A DNA stretch of 63,564 bases from Octopus bimaculoides (GCF_001194135.2 NC_068985.1:47443084-47506647); one strand, 5' to 3'; shown: positions 26,461-38,610, counted from the stretch's first letter. Notes: generated from the letters alone by a model not told the origin. Translations and numbers: made by a program.

Positions 26461-28631
26461 ACCCGCTTCGATAACACCGCTCGACGTTCGAAATACAATT
26501 TCAGTCTTTCTTACGAGTCTCCAATCAGTTGACGTCTAAATAGCTCCACGTCTAAATTCTAAGACAAATCTATTCATAGTAAGAGACAGAAATTACGCAT
26601 TGGGATCGAACTGAGCAGCTTATGATTACTGACCGAAATTTTTTCATGGTATGGCCATTTATTCTCGAATTTTTTTCTCTTTCGGCTTTAATCATTGGAC
26701 TGCTTCTGTGTGTAGGCGACGCACGCACACATTCAGAAACACACAGAGACATGATACATGCATGCATACATACATAGATACTTACATAGATACACATATA
26801 TATACATACATAATATAAATAATACACACATACATACACGCACACCCACATACATAGCTACACAACTCACACACGCATACACACTCACGCACACATACAC
26901 ACGTGCACACAAATATGTATAAAAATAACCATGCATAAATTTAGAGTGATTGAGAAAATAAGAGAGGAGATTTAATAAAGTATTGAAGAATTGAATAGAC
27001 GTGTGTTTATGTATATACACACATTAACACTCGCACACACACCCACTGACAAGCAAATACACACCTATAAACATACATATACGTGCACACAGTGACACAT
27101 ATACATGTATGTAAATGTATGTAAATGTTGACATAAAGTACTTAGACTACAGGATCTAACGCAATCCTCTTTTTTTCTTTTCCTCGTAAATGTAGTATTA
27201 GCTTTTTGAAGTCTATAATACTCTGGACGTAGTGGAGTTAATGTGAAATACTATAAAAACACAAACCACATTTAGTATTGGAAAAACAATAACACTGACT
27301 AGAAGTTTACTGATTAGTTTTAAATAGGAATAGTTAGATTAACATGTTAGCTCTGGAGAATCGATCTCTCTTATGATTACGATAAATATGTGTGTCTGCG
27401 TGCGTATGTGTGTTTGTTTCTGAGTAAATGTGCCTGTATGTATGTGTGCGCGTGCATACACTTATATGTATATTTTCTTGTACACACAAATATACACATA
27501 CTTATAAATATATGTATGCATACATGTATATTTGTAAATTTTGCCAGTGTATCAATGTCTATGTATTTATCCTAATGTTTCCATTTATTTTAGAAAAAGT
27601 TTTTCCCATGAATTATAACTCAATACGCAAACTAAAGCAACGATCATTTCTTAATCCTATTTAATGGTGCTATATCACATGATTTATACCCCAACATTAG
27701 TCACCAAATTTTCTCAACAATTTTCGTGCAGCCATCGAACGAAATTTTCATCTGATTATGTGTTCTAATTATTACAGTTAACATAAGTATTATTTCTTAA
27801 TTTTTGGAAATGCTTCTGGGGTTAGAAATTATTATCTTAACACTGTTATGTTTAAATTAATATCTTCCTGTTGGTTATTATATTCACGACCTTTCGTCGT
27901 TGAGCAATGTTCTCAGCATTCCAAACCGAACCGTGTATAATGTCCTCAGGCTGATTGTTCTCATCTATTTTGTCTATGACTGGACTATTCTTAATAATGC
28001 TCCTCAGTTATGTCTCTTGCTTGGTCCGCATGAGGCATTGATCAGGGTTTATATATATATATATCACTTAGAAATCTAATCTAATAAACACAAGACAAGA
28101 ACATGCACCAAGATGCCTTCATATAAGAAAATGTACATTTAAATAAACACATTACACTTTATATAATAATAAAAAATAATTATAACAACAATTCGGAAAC
28201 CAAGAACGCAAAAATAAATCAAACATAATAGAATACCTCTACACTATGGATATTCTCTTTGAAATGAGTGGAATAGTAACGTTTTAATGTTAATGATAAA
28301 TCTACGTAAACATTCAATCAAAACTTGACCTATTTTTAGGACTGTGTTGCTTCACCTACCACATATAGTTAAGATTCATACAACTATTAATAATGGAATC
28401 CAAATCTCCCACAAAACACTTTATTTAGTCAGTCTGTTGATTTCTTCAGCTTAACTTCGAAGCGGTAGAAGGTAAGGAACCTGATGTAACTGCACCGACC
28501 ATAATGCTAGGTTACATATCCAACTGTGTGCAGTTGATGCAGTTGAAACATACGTAAATCCCGTAAAGATGGTGTAAATAATTTCTAAATAAAATTATGG
28601 ATGTGAAATGTTCCCGTTCACCGTGTCTGTA

Positions 28632-28696
<65 letters not shown>

Positions 28697-28843
28697 GTCT
28701 GTCTCTCTTCCTCTCTCTCTCTCTCTCTCTCTCTNNNNNNNNNNNNNNNNNNNTTGATAGGAAGGACAACAAAAGAAAGAATGAGACCTCGATATTATTT
28801 AAATAGAGGAATTTATCTGTAAAAATATGTGATACTTATTCGG

Positions 28844-28917
28844 TAGCCATGATAAATCTCCAAGTTTCGGATGCCAGTATGGGGGCTCACGCCAACATTT
28901 CTTCAGTTATCCGGCCA
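28844..28917 (-). ncRNA. Degenerate type I hammerhead ribozyme motif, probably from a Penelope-like or retrozyme LTR
   Basis: Minus strand: UGGCCGGAUAA-CUGAAGA-A-AUGUUGG..CUGGCAU-CC-GAAAC-UUGGAG-AU-UUAUCAUGGCUA. Stem I is about 11 bp with one bulge, stem II is 7 bp and stem III is short. Core deviations at positions 10.1 and 16.1. Confidence 0.5.
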
Positions 28918-29061
28918 TTGAAAATTCCTGTGAAAAATGACCGTTAAGCAAAGGGAAATTACTGTGTGCTGACCGTCATTAAGACAAAAGAGCTAATAGA
29001 CTGCTAAGTAAGATAAAGGTAAGGGAGTTACTCCCTTACCTTTATCACGTCCCCTCCCCTG

Positions 29062-29190
29062 TATGCCAGTAATTATTGGAGCACTGGAATCAGAAATGAG
29101 AAAGCTGATTCAAAAGTCTACAGATCTACGCCATGACTGGAACTGTAAAAATTTGCAAAAACTTTCCAGAAGTTTATCATTTAAGTATAT
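29062..29190 (+). mobile_element. Short REL-type (R4-like) C-terminal fragment D
   Basis: MPVIIGALE at about 29064, then with a frameshift IQK-LQIYAMTGTVKICK, resembling the PVIIGALG..GTxxIxRK end of REL elements. Confidence 0.4.
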
Positions 29191-29519
29191 ATGAGTATGT
29201 CTAGATATGCAACAATATACGTTAGAATACATACCCAAGCAAAATATAGAAATCTGATCTTATAGTTACATACAAAAGTACCCTGTTGAAATTCCAAAGA
29301 AGGAGCCTTGGATCTAGGTTAGAAACCGGCTTGTCTCTATTGGCAAAAAAATCTTGAAATAAAACTGAATAATGACATGCATGCACATACATATTGTTAA
29401 GAAAAACGCTCACCAAGTAACACATGTTAACATGTTATCAATTCACATATTCACTATGTTGTTGCTGAGTAGGAAAATTATGCGGTGAAAACTTTTATTG
29501 ATCTGTTTATATTTCAGAC

Positions 29520-30260
29520 TCCAATATGGTGTTTCACTTCTATGATCGACCTATTGTAGACATAACTAACACACGACATATACATTGATTCTTTCAGCAA
29601 GTGCCATCCTACACGTACTTGGCAACCATAGCCAGGGAAAATACCAAGAAGATGACGAAATTCAAGGTTGTAGGATACAGAGAATATGCCGGCAGTGATA
29701 GATACAATCTATTTTTGAAAAAGAGTGCAGCAACATCTTCTCTGTCTGAGACTCATCTTTGACATCACGTGGGTTTACCAAGTGACTAAAATCACGTCTG
29801 ACTTCCACTCTACCCCTTCAACCTGTATCAAAGTTTGGTCTTTTTACATGGTATATAAAATACGTGTCGTTACAATTGCCCTCGCAGGATTATGGTATTA
29901 GAAAGTGACTGAAACTAAGGAGAGGAGCTGAAGATTTCTGGTTCGGAATAGCGTGCTATATGAATAGAGAGAACCGTGATAATAATGTTAGGCAAAGCCT
30001 TCATATAGTCACACCAGTGTTATTGCTGTGTGGATTGTAGAGTTAAAGGTGAGGCGATAAGGTCGAAACAAGATTTTCCAGATGCTGTTACACTACAATA
30101 CGAGATTAACCGATGTCATAGTCAAGACTATCTGTTCCATATCTCTACATACAATACCTAGGCAGGTTTGGTGAAGTTTACAGCATCTTTCTGAAGAGAT
30201 GGTTTCCTGTAAAAACTACTCGAAAGCTGGCAACCTTTTATCTCTATGAAAAATTCCAGC
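29520..30260 (+). mobile_element. Penelope-like retroelement remnant (RT thumb region, ending in a pLTR-like segment with a hammerhead-like core)
   Basis: TNTRH / YIDSFSKCHP (29581) / HSQG / RIQRIC resemble the PLE motifs PTxTxxYLxxxSxHP, YSQ and RxRRIC. A CTGAAGA..stem..GAAA core lies at 30191-30225. Confidence 0.55.
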
Positions 30261-30509
30261 GCAAGTACATAGCATTTGTGAAGTAAGATGACTAAAATGC
30301 CAAGTATCGTTCTACGATAGATGGTGTAAGTATCATAAATACCAGTGGAGTTGATACAGTTTCTCTCTACAAAATTCCATGAACAGGGTAACACTCAACT
30401 GTTGTCTACAGTCGTTCCGTAATGTGGAATATTATCCAATACCACAAAGAAGAAAAAGCATAAATAACTATGCCTTCAACTATTAAACTTTCTTATCGTG
30501 CATATATGA

Positions 30510-31431
30510 AGCAGGTTGAGGCAACAGATGTTTTTAGGATTTTCACTGATGATATATAGTAACATCTGTCTCCATGTTATACCATTTATTTGATACAACT
30601 TGTTGCACAATCGTTGCTGAATTGTTTATTTTTAATTTTTATATATAACATCTAAATATTCATTATTTATTCTTTAGTTGACGGTTTTCATAATGAGTAG
30701 TGAAAAGACTAGAGACATTTTCGGCTACCAGTGAAGAAGCACTCGTACACCAGAACTCGGTCCTTCACAAAACACCATCAATCGACACCTCCAAAATCTG
30801 ACGCGTGAACAGTTGCAAACAACTGCTGGGACATCTTTAAAATGCCCGTTTTTTGGTGTTAAATTGTAACTGGGGATATAAAATGAATCTATTTTTATAA
30901 TCCTAATAAGAGAAACTAGTGGATTCGATCCGGTTAGAACATGTTGGCATGCTGAGTGTTTGGTAGAAAATTGAGAGAATGTTGCACTGTGATCTCGTTC
31001 CAGATGATCATGTGAACGCTAACCATTATGATCAATAACTACCGTAAGTATATGATGCTTTGAACGCCTGCTAATCGAAGACGCACACTCATACAGCATG
31101 AAAACGACTTGCAACACACATTGCCAATGTGACCAAGAATGAACTTGAAAAACTTGAGAGACTGGAAGCGCTACTTCATAGTGACTACAGTTCAGACCTT
31201 GCCCATCAGATTATCACATTCTCCGAGAAATGTCACATTTCCTGCACGGAGAGAAGTATAACGATATGGAAGAGATTGATAGAGTTTATTGTCTCTATTC
31301 CAATCAATTGCTATAAGCATGGAATCGAGCTTCTGATACAATGATGGCAACAGACAATAGACTATGATGACATATATTTTGAATTCTTATTTAAAGCCTA
31401 AAATACGAAAAATCTTTTGACTCAAACTGGT
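30510..31431 (+). mobile_element. mariner (DD34D) transposon, degenerate and internally deleted, both TIRs recognisable
   Basis: MSSEKTRDIF at 30693; IVTGDIK*I at 30863; MLSVW*; LIQHEND; YSSDLA/SDYHILREMSHFLHGEKY; YKHGIELLIQ*WQQTIDYDDIYF. The TIR-like caggttgaggcaacagat (30512-30529) matches the reverse complement of 31412-31429 at 15/18 positions. Confidence 0.85.
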
Positions 31432-32371
31432 GTTTATATTGTGTGTGTGTGTGTGAGTGAGTGTGTTTGTGTGTGAGTGAGTGTGTTTGTGTGTGTGTGT
31501 AAGTGAAAGAGAGATGGAGAGTTACTGATTATACTCGACGTAAAGAGACAAAAGTAATTAATGATAAGAAAAATAGTAAATGGGCGAGAGAATGGTTTCT
31601 ATGTTTAATAAACGAAAATGTGTATAGTTCATTATAGAACAAAAGGCAGAAAATACGGTGTTAATCCTATCACAATATAATCAACATATATAAAGCTTCC
31701 TTTTATCTTTAAAAGAATTTATTATGAATTTAGAGGAAATGTAAAGCCTCCAAGTACGATAACCGTTTACTATATATTTTGATTGTGCTTATATATGTAT
31801 GTGCACCTGTATGTGTGTGAGTATAAGTGTGTATCTTTGTGTGTTTGTGTTTGTGTGTGTGTGTGTGAGTGTGTCCTAATATACAGGGAAATCAATTTTT
31901 ATTCTCTGCCAAACCTCTAAAGGATCCTTCTATCACTTTGCTTTGTTATATTTTATTTTCATGATAGCGATTAAAATTCAAACCACACACCTAACAAATA
32001 CCATTGGTGTGAATGAAGATAGAAGTGAGATTTTTGAATAGGAAAGTGCTTAAAACAAATGACATTTCTCACTGTATGTTTCAAAACTGAGATGTAGATT
32101 GGAAATAATTTTATCATCAACATTTTAATAGTAATAATGATATTCACAGTCATGTCAGTCTTTCTTTCTATGTAAATTGAATTCCTTGTTTACTTTGATA
32201 TACATCAAAGTCTGTATAGAAGGTTAACTTTCAAAGACAGTAATAGTAACGTTTAAATTAATTATGTTTTTGTATTTCGATCATTTCTCAATAATATGTT
32301 GAGATATCCCCACAAAAGCAATAAATATTCCATCTTTTATTATATAACTAACAATATTTTCTAATATGTTG

Positions 32372-32436
<65 letters not shown>

Positions 32437-32546
32437 GTTCAGTAGTTTTATTTTTATAACGTGCTTTCACTTCACTACCGAGCGCAGCTCTGTGTGCCTT
32501 GGGTATGTGCTGTGGTTTGCTGTGATACTCTTATGGTTACTGTATA

Positions 32547-32582
<36 letters not shown>

Positions 32583-32598
32583 CATCATTATTATTGTT

Positions 32599-32630
<32 letters not shown>

Positions 32631-32639
32631 TGAGGTGCT

Positions 32640-32812
32640 TACCTGTATTTCCCCTGCTGCTACGTTCTGAGTTCAAATTCCACCGAAGTCGACTTTCCCT
32701 TTCATCCTTTTGGGATCGATTAAATTAGTACCAGTTACGCACTGGGGTCGATATAACCAACGCAATACCTACCCTCAAATTTGAGGCTTTGTGCTTCCAG
32801 TAGAAAAGATTA
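32640..32812 (+). mobile_element. OR-type SINE, 5' truncated
   Basis: CTACGTTCTGAGTTCAAATTCCACCGAAGTCGACTTTCCCTTTCATCCTTTTGGGATCGATTAAATTAGTACCAGTTACGCACTGGGGTCGAT is the reverse complement of the 2620-2998 copies. Confidence 0.85.
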
Positions 32813-33010
32813 TTACCTCTTCCTTACCGAAGGTGAAGGTATTGTTTTCAGTCGTGTTTCTCTGGACAAGATATCTCAAGAACCACTGGATGGATTGGGA
32901 TGAAACTTTCAGGGATGTTTGGCCTCACAATTGGCACAAACCGATTAGATTTCGGTATCGATCCGGTATCGGGCAAGGATTCTGGATTATTTTTCACATT
33001 TTCTTTACTT
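32810..33010 (+). mobile_element. Helentron-associated non-autonomous element (HINE/DINE-1-like) 5' fragment
   Basis: TTATTACCTC...GAAGGTATTGTTTTC...CAAGATATCTCAAGAACCACTGGATGGATT..GATGAAACTTTCAGG..GATTAGATTTCGGTATCGATCCGG has the layout typical of HINE-type elements. It begins in the TTATT tail of the preceding SINE. Confidence 0.55.
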
Positions 33011-34444
33011 TGCATGTGTATGTAAAGTTTCGCATAGTTCTCTTGCACACGCACACACACACATGCTCGCACATTTTCAGCGTTGAACATTACTATCCCA
33101 TTTCCATTGTACACACACAAACATATACACACGCGAGCGCAAACATTCTTCTCTTTTACACACACATATGCTCACACAATAAACTCTGTTTATCGGTTTT
33201 TTTCATTGTTTCCTTCACTATTCATCTATCCTTTCTCATTCATACGACGCTCTCTATGCCATTTATCTCCTCTACCTTCACCTCTCACTCCAGGTCTATT
33301 TATATATATATATATNNNNNNNNNNNNNNNNNNNNNNNNNNNNNNNNNNNNNNNNNNNNNNNNNNNNNNNGAGGGAGGTATATATTTCGGTGCAAAGGAT
33401 ATTTTACACGGCGCAGTATTTTACAATCCTGTAAATAATAATAATAATAATGCTATTTTTATATAAGCCTAAAGTTTATGGCGATCACTGTAGAATGAGT
33501 AAAGAAAATAGTCTAATAAGAGGGCATATAACCCTTGACAGAAAAAAAAGAAGGCTTTCCTATCCGCGTGGGACTCTCCCCCACATCCCTTTTTTTAACG
33601 CGACTAAGTGTGTTACCTTTACACCAGCGAATTGGACTAATTCGCTGGACGATCAGATTTGAACTTAGGCTCAACAACGGTGGTGACCGCGACGATGACA
33701 AATGCTGAATACAGCGATTCATGTTAATACATACGTGCGATGCGTGGAATGAAGCGTGAATATACGTAGGCGTTAATAAATATAAGAGCTGAAAACAAAA
33801 GAAAAATCTAAACATTATACATCTACTGCCCAAACATTTGCCGTTTGTTATACTCCACCAGCTAAATAGTTACGTTGATAACAAGTTTTTAAAAAAAGCC
33901 ATATTTCATACACTGTTCAATATTTCTATGAGATTAGATAAAAAGAAGCAACTTCAATCGGTACTGAATGAATGCAACGACCTCTGCAATAATACAACAT
34001 ATCTAGGTTGATATAACGCCTTCCAATGGGATAAAAATGAGCGCCCCAAACTATCGAATCGTTAGTTTACTCCGTTTTATAGATGACCATCTTCACCTTT
34101 GCTTCTCAAATTTATTTAACTTGTTATAATGCAACAGAACGAAATGTATTTCATAAAATTGCTGCTGACAGGTTCATAGCCTTTAAATCACTGGTTGGCC
34201 ATAAATTATTCCATCAATATATTCGGTGGAATTCCAGTACAGCTTTTCGGTCACGATGTCTCGTATACTGAATTAAAATTTGAAATATTTTTGAAAACTA
34301 TACCAATTGCAAGAAGCATTTATCTCCACACTTCTCTGTCCTTAGTAACCATATAATATTATGCAAGGCTCACGGAGCCTGGAATCGCCTTCTCTGGAGA
34401 GCATTGTTCTGTTCTGGGACATATCAAAGTCGTTTCTTATCACG

Positions 34445-34514
34445 ACCTATTCTGTTTTAAGTTTAACAGGCAATCTTATACCTATTCTGTTTTAAGTTTA
34501 ACGGGCAATCTTAT
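34445..34514. repeat. 35-bp tandem duplication
   Basis: ACCTATTCTGTTTTAAGTTTAAC(A/G)GGCAATCTTAT x2. Confidence 0.92.
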
Positions 34515-34997
34515 CGAATAATTGTCTCAATACTCTCATTTAAAGATATTTATCTCAAAGTAATTAACATGCAAATTTTATTCCACTACGTTCCACATGT
34601 CTTCATTCTTCTTATTTTTTCCCTAAATGCGAACCTACATTTTATCGCACAGAATTAAAGAAGCTTCTGAAAGCGATCCCTTATTTTGCGATACATAATA
34701 TAATTATCGGTGTGAGTCTGTTCTGATATGTTTGCATAAAATAAATATTAGGAAGATCTAACGGTTAAAAATTCAATTCAGATTAAGTTATTTCATATAT
34801 ATATCCGTTAGTTAGGGGATGATTCCTTCCATTAAAATGGCTGCTTGCTATTATCCCTGTGCCTTTTCATTGTTTTGATATTTCAATACATCTTCACAGG
34901 AGAAAGAGGGATACATTTTACTTATTTGATAAAGTTTCGGCTTAAAGGCTGAAGGATTCATGTATATATATATATGGTTTGTTTCCTTCTTGAAAAT

Positions 34998-35105
34998 TTC
35001 ATCCTTTCGGAGTCGATAAAAATGTACCAGTTGAACACTGGGCTCTATGTGATCGATTCACCGCTTTATTAAAATTGATGGCCTTGTACCAACATTTGAA
35101 ATCAT
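34998..35105 (+). mobile_element. OR-type SINE 3' fragment ending in (ATT)n
   Basis: TTCATCCTTTCGGAGTCGATAAAAATGTACCAGTTGAACACTGGG, homologous to the other OR-type copies. Confidence 0.7.
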
Positions 35106-35158
35106 TATTATTATTATTATTATTATTATNNNNNNNNNNATTATTATTATTATTATTA

Positions 35159-35214
<56 letters not shown>

Positions 35215-35637
35215 GCTATTGCTATTCATTCGTAACGCGCTGTAGGTAAAAATGCACCGGAGTCTTTAGTCATCTGTCAAATCACAACAATAATACTTTC
35301 CTTAAGATGTGCGCTGTGCCCAATAAGGCTACTTTTTGCAAGACATCAATCTTGCATGGGATTTTCAGTTGCCTTAAGACGTTTTGAGGTTTCAGTGGGA
35401 GTTAGCCTAGCGCTTCGATCACCACTGGTACCACTTTTATATTACCCTCTCGCATTCTATACAGTCTTGCCATTTCCATTTTCAGTTCGGAGTGCTTGGT
35501 GATTTTTTCAACCTCTTTACTCACAACATTCATGTCATTTACTATGGCAACTTCAATGATCTGACAGTATTTGTCAATAGGATAATATCCGGCCGACGGT
35601 GTTCGATTACACGTTCCGTATGAAAATCATGGTCCCT
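35215..35637 (-). mobile_element. R4/Dong-clade fragment C (REL domain plus 3' UTR) embedded in (TAA)n arrays
   Basis: Minus strand: DHDFHTERVIEHRRPDII..YCQIIEVAIVNDMNVVSKEVEKITKHSELKMEMARLY..IKVVPV..DVLQKVALLGTAHILRKVL*. The 3' UTR runs straight into (AAT)n at 35214; a second (TAT)n array lies at 35705-35746. Confidence 0.88.
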
Positions 35638-35703
35638 TTCAACTCCGAAAGGTTGAAATGTTCAAGAAAGAAATCAAACCATATATATATAAATACTTCA
35701 ACC

Positions 35704-35745
<42 letters not shown>

Positions 35746-35986
35746 GTCGTCGTCGTCATCATCATTATCACCATCATTATTTGTAGGGATAGTTATTGAA
35801 AACAGGTTTCTGAAGAAGCTAATGTTTTCTTGTTCATTTCTTTCTTGTCATTTCTTCTTTATTCTCAATTTCATTCACCTCTTCTCCGCACCTTTTTCTT
35901 CATCATCCTCATTCTTCTTCTTCTTCTTCTTCTTCTTCTTCTTCTTCTTCTTCTTCTTCTTCTTCTTCTTCTTCTTCTTCTGCTTC

Positions 35987-36018
<32 letters not shown>

Positions 36019-37099
36019 CTTCTTTTTTTTTCTTCTTCNNNNNNNNNNNNNNNNNNNNNNNNNNNNNNNNNNNNNNNNNNNNNNNNNNNNNNNNNNNNNN
36101 NNNNNNNNNNNNNNNNNNNNNNNNNNNNNNNNNNNNNNNNNNNNNNNNNNNNNNNNNNNNNNNNNNNNNNNNNNNNNNNNNNNNNNNNNNNNNNNNNNNN
36201 NNNNNNNNNNNNNNNNNNNNNNNNNNNNNNNNNNNNNNNNNNNNNNNNNNNNNNNNNNNNNNNNNNNNNNNNNNNNNNNNNNNNNNNNNNNNNNNNNNNN
36301 NNNNNNNNNNNNNNNNNNNNNNNNNNNNNNNNNNNNNNNNNNNNNNNNNNNNNNNNNNNNNNNNNNNNNNNNNNNNNNNNNNNNNNNNNNNNNNNNNNNN
36401 NNNNNNNNNNNNNNNNNNNNNNNNNNNNNNNNNNNNNNNNNNNNNNNNNNNNNNNNNNNNNNNNNNNNNNNNNNNNNNNNNNNNNNNNNNNNNNNNNNNN
36501 NNNNNNNNNNNNNNNNNNNNNNNNNNNNNNNNNNNNNNNNNNNNNNNNNNNNNNNNNNNNNNNNNNNNNNNNNNNNNNNNNNNNNNNNNNNNNNNNNNNN
36601 NNNNNNNNNNNNNNNNNNNNNNNNNNNNNNNNNNNNNNNNNNNNNNNNNNNNNNNNNNNNNNNNNNNNNNNNNNNNNNNNNNNNNNNNNNNNNNNNNNNN
36701 NNNNNNNNNNNNNNNNNNNNNNNNNNNNNNNNNNNNNNNNNNNNNNNNNNNNNNNNNNNNNNNNNNNNNNNNNNNNNNNNNNNNNNNNNNNNNNNNNNNN
36801 NNNNNNNNNNNNNNNNNNNNNNNNNNNNNNNNNNNNNNNNNNNNNNNNNNNNNNNNNNNNNNNNNNNNNNNNNNNNNNNNNNNNNNNNNNNNNATATATA
36901 CATATGTGTGTGTGTGTGTGTGTGTGTATAAATATATATAGGTATGTACATACATATAAGTATATATTTGTGTGCGTGTTCGTTTGTGTGTGTGTATGTA
37001 TGTATGTATGTATGTATGTATGTGTGTGTGTATTGCCTGCAAACAAGGTAAACATTCCAAAGATCGCTTTCTTTTTATTTATAATTTTTTTTTATATAG

Positions 37100-37290
37100 T
37101 AGATAGGTATTGTGCGCTGACAAAATAATAAATACTAATATATGGATCTCTAACACCACAAAAAGTTAAGGAGGTTTCTTTTTTCTTCTAATAATTTTCA
37201 TGTTTTTTTTCTAGTTATTATTATATTACATTTAATACTCCATGTTTGTATTTTTTGCGTTTTCCATCTTTTCTATTCACTTTTCTCCAT
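37100..37290 (+). repeat. About 190-bp direct repeat, second copy at about 39020-39212
   Basis: Both start TAGATAGGTATTGTGCGCTGACAAAATAATAA and continue TACTAATATATGGATCTCTAACACCACAA..TATTACATTTAATACTCCATGTTTGTATTTT. Confidence 0.9.
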
Positions 37291-37973
37291 TTTCAGAATA
37301 ACATTAACTGGATCGATTAATATTTGCCATTGTGCTACATTGGTGGAACGTATCGAATACATTTTATAAATCATAAATCATAGCTCAAGATTACAATCGT
37401 GTATTAATGTAGCTGGTTTCTATCAAATATTTCATTATATAGTTTATACTATATTTTATTTGTTGTTATCTTAACAGACCTGTTGAATGCATTCCCGTAG
37501 TGTAGCCTAAAGCCTTATTTCATTCGATCTCCCGATTTATTATACACGGTGGTTTAAGAGCAAGAAAAGAAAATAACTACAATAGCACCTAGAGAATATT
37601 GCATTATCATAAAACAAAACCAAGCTAGTGTTAAATATTTTATTCTCTAAATATTTGATCTGCTGTTGATAATTGTTGTTTATAAGCGCGGGGATCCTAG
37701 TGGCTAGTGACATCAGTCTATCAGTCAATAGTTCGAGACTTCGTATTACCCTATCCAAATGTTCAAATCAACTTAGACAGCGCTCTTATTGAATAGCCCA
37801 CCTAGTTAAAGATAAATGGCATGATAAAGTACAAGTTTTAACTGCAAACTTTGGCAAGATAGTTTCTGTTGTATTTCTCGGGACTACGTTCGAAAAAGAG
37901 GAAGTATTTTACGCCCAAAAATGTATTCAAAAATTTCTAAGATATCTATGTGTGCATGTGAGTTTCTATCTCT

Positions 37974-38041
<68 letters not shown>

Positions 38042-38610
38042 NNNNNNNNNNNNNNNNNNNNNNNNNNNNNNNNNNNNNNNNNNNNNNNNNNNNNNNNNNN
38101 NNNNNNNNNNNNNNNNNNNNNNNNNNNNNNNNNNNNNNNNNNNNNNNNNNNNNNNNNNNNNNNNNNNNNNNNNNNNNNNNNNNNNNNNNNNNNNNNNNNN
38201 NNNNNNNNNNNNNNNNNNNNNNNNNNNNNNNNNNNNNNNNNNNNNNNNNNNNNNNNNNNNNNNNNNNNNNNNNNNNNNNNNNNNNNNNNNNNNNNNNNNN
38301 NNNNNNNNNNNNNNNNNNNNNNNNNNNNNNNNNNNNNNNNNNNNNNNNNNNNNNNNNNNNNNNNNNNNNNNNNNNNNNNNNNNNNNNNNNNNNNNNNNNN
38401 NNNNNNNNNNNNNNNNNNNNNNNNNNNNNNNNNNNNNNNNNNNNNNNNNNNNNNNNNNNNNNNNNNNNNNNNNNNNNNNNNNNNNNNNNNNNNNNNNNNN
38501 NNNNNNNNNNNNNNNNNNNNNNNNNNNNNNNNNNNNNNNNNNNNNNNNNNNNNNNNNNNNNNNNNNNNNNNNNNNNNNNNNNNNNNNNNNNNNNNNNNNN
38601 NNNNNNNNNN

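Noticed and set aside
27880-28000. CTGAGGA..GAAAGGTC on the minus strand as another hammerhead
   Set aside because: Box spacing and stems I and II could not be formed consistently.
35744-37128. Very long ORFs in the supplied track (here and at 1067-2012, 17678-18446, 39840-40836, 46337-47930, 53731-55041, 59212-59784)
   Set aside because: They stay open only because they run through N gaps and microsatellites; no real coding content.
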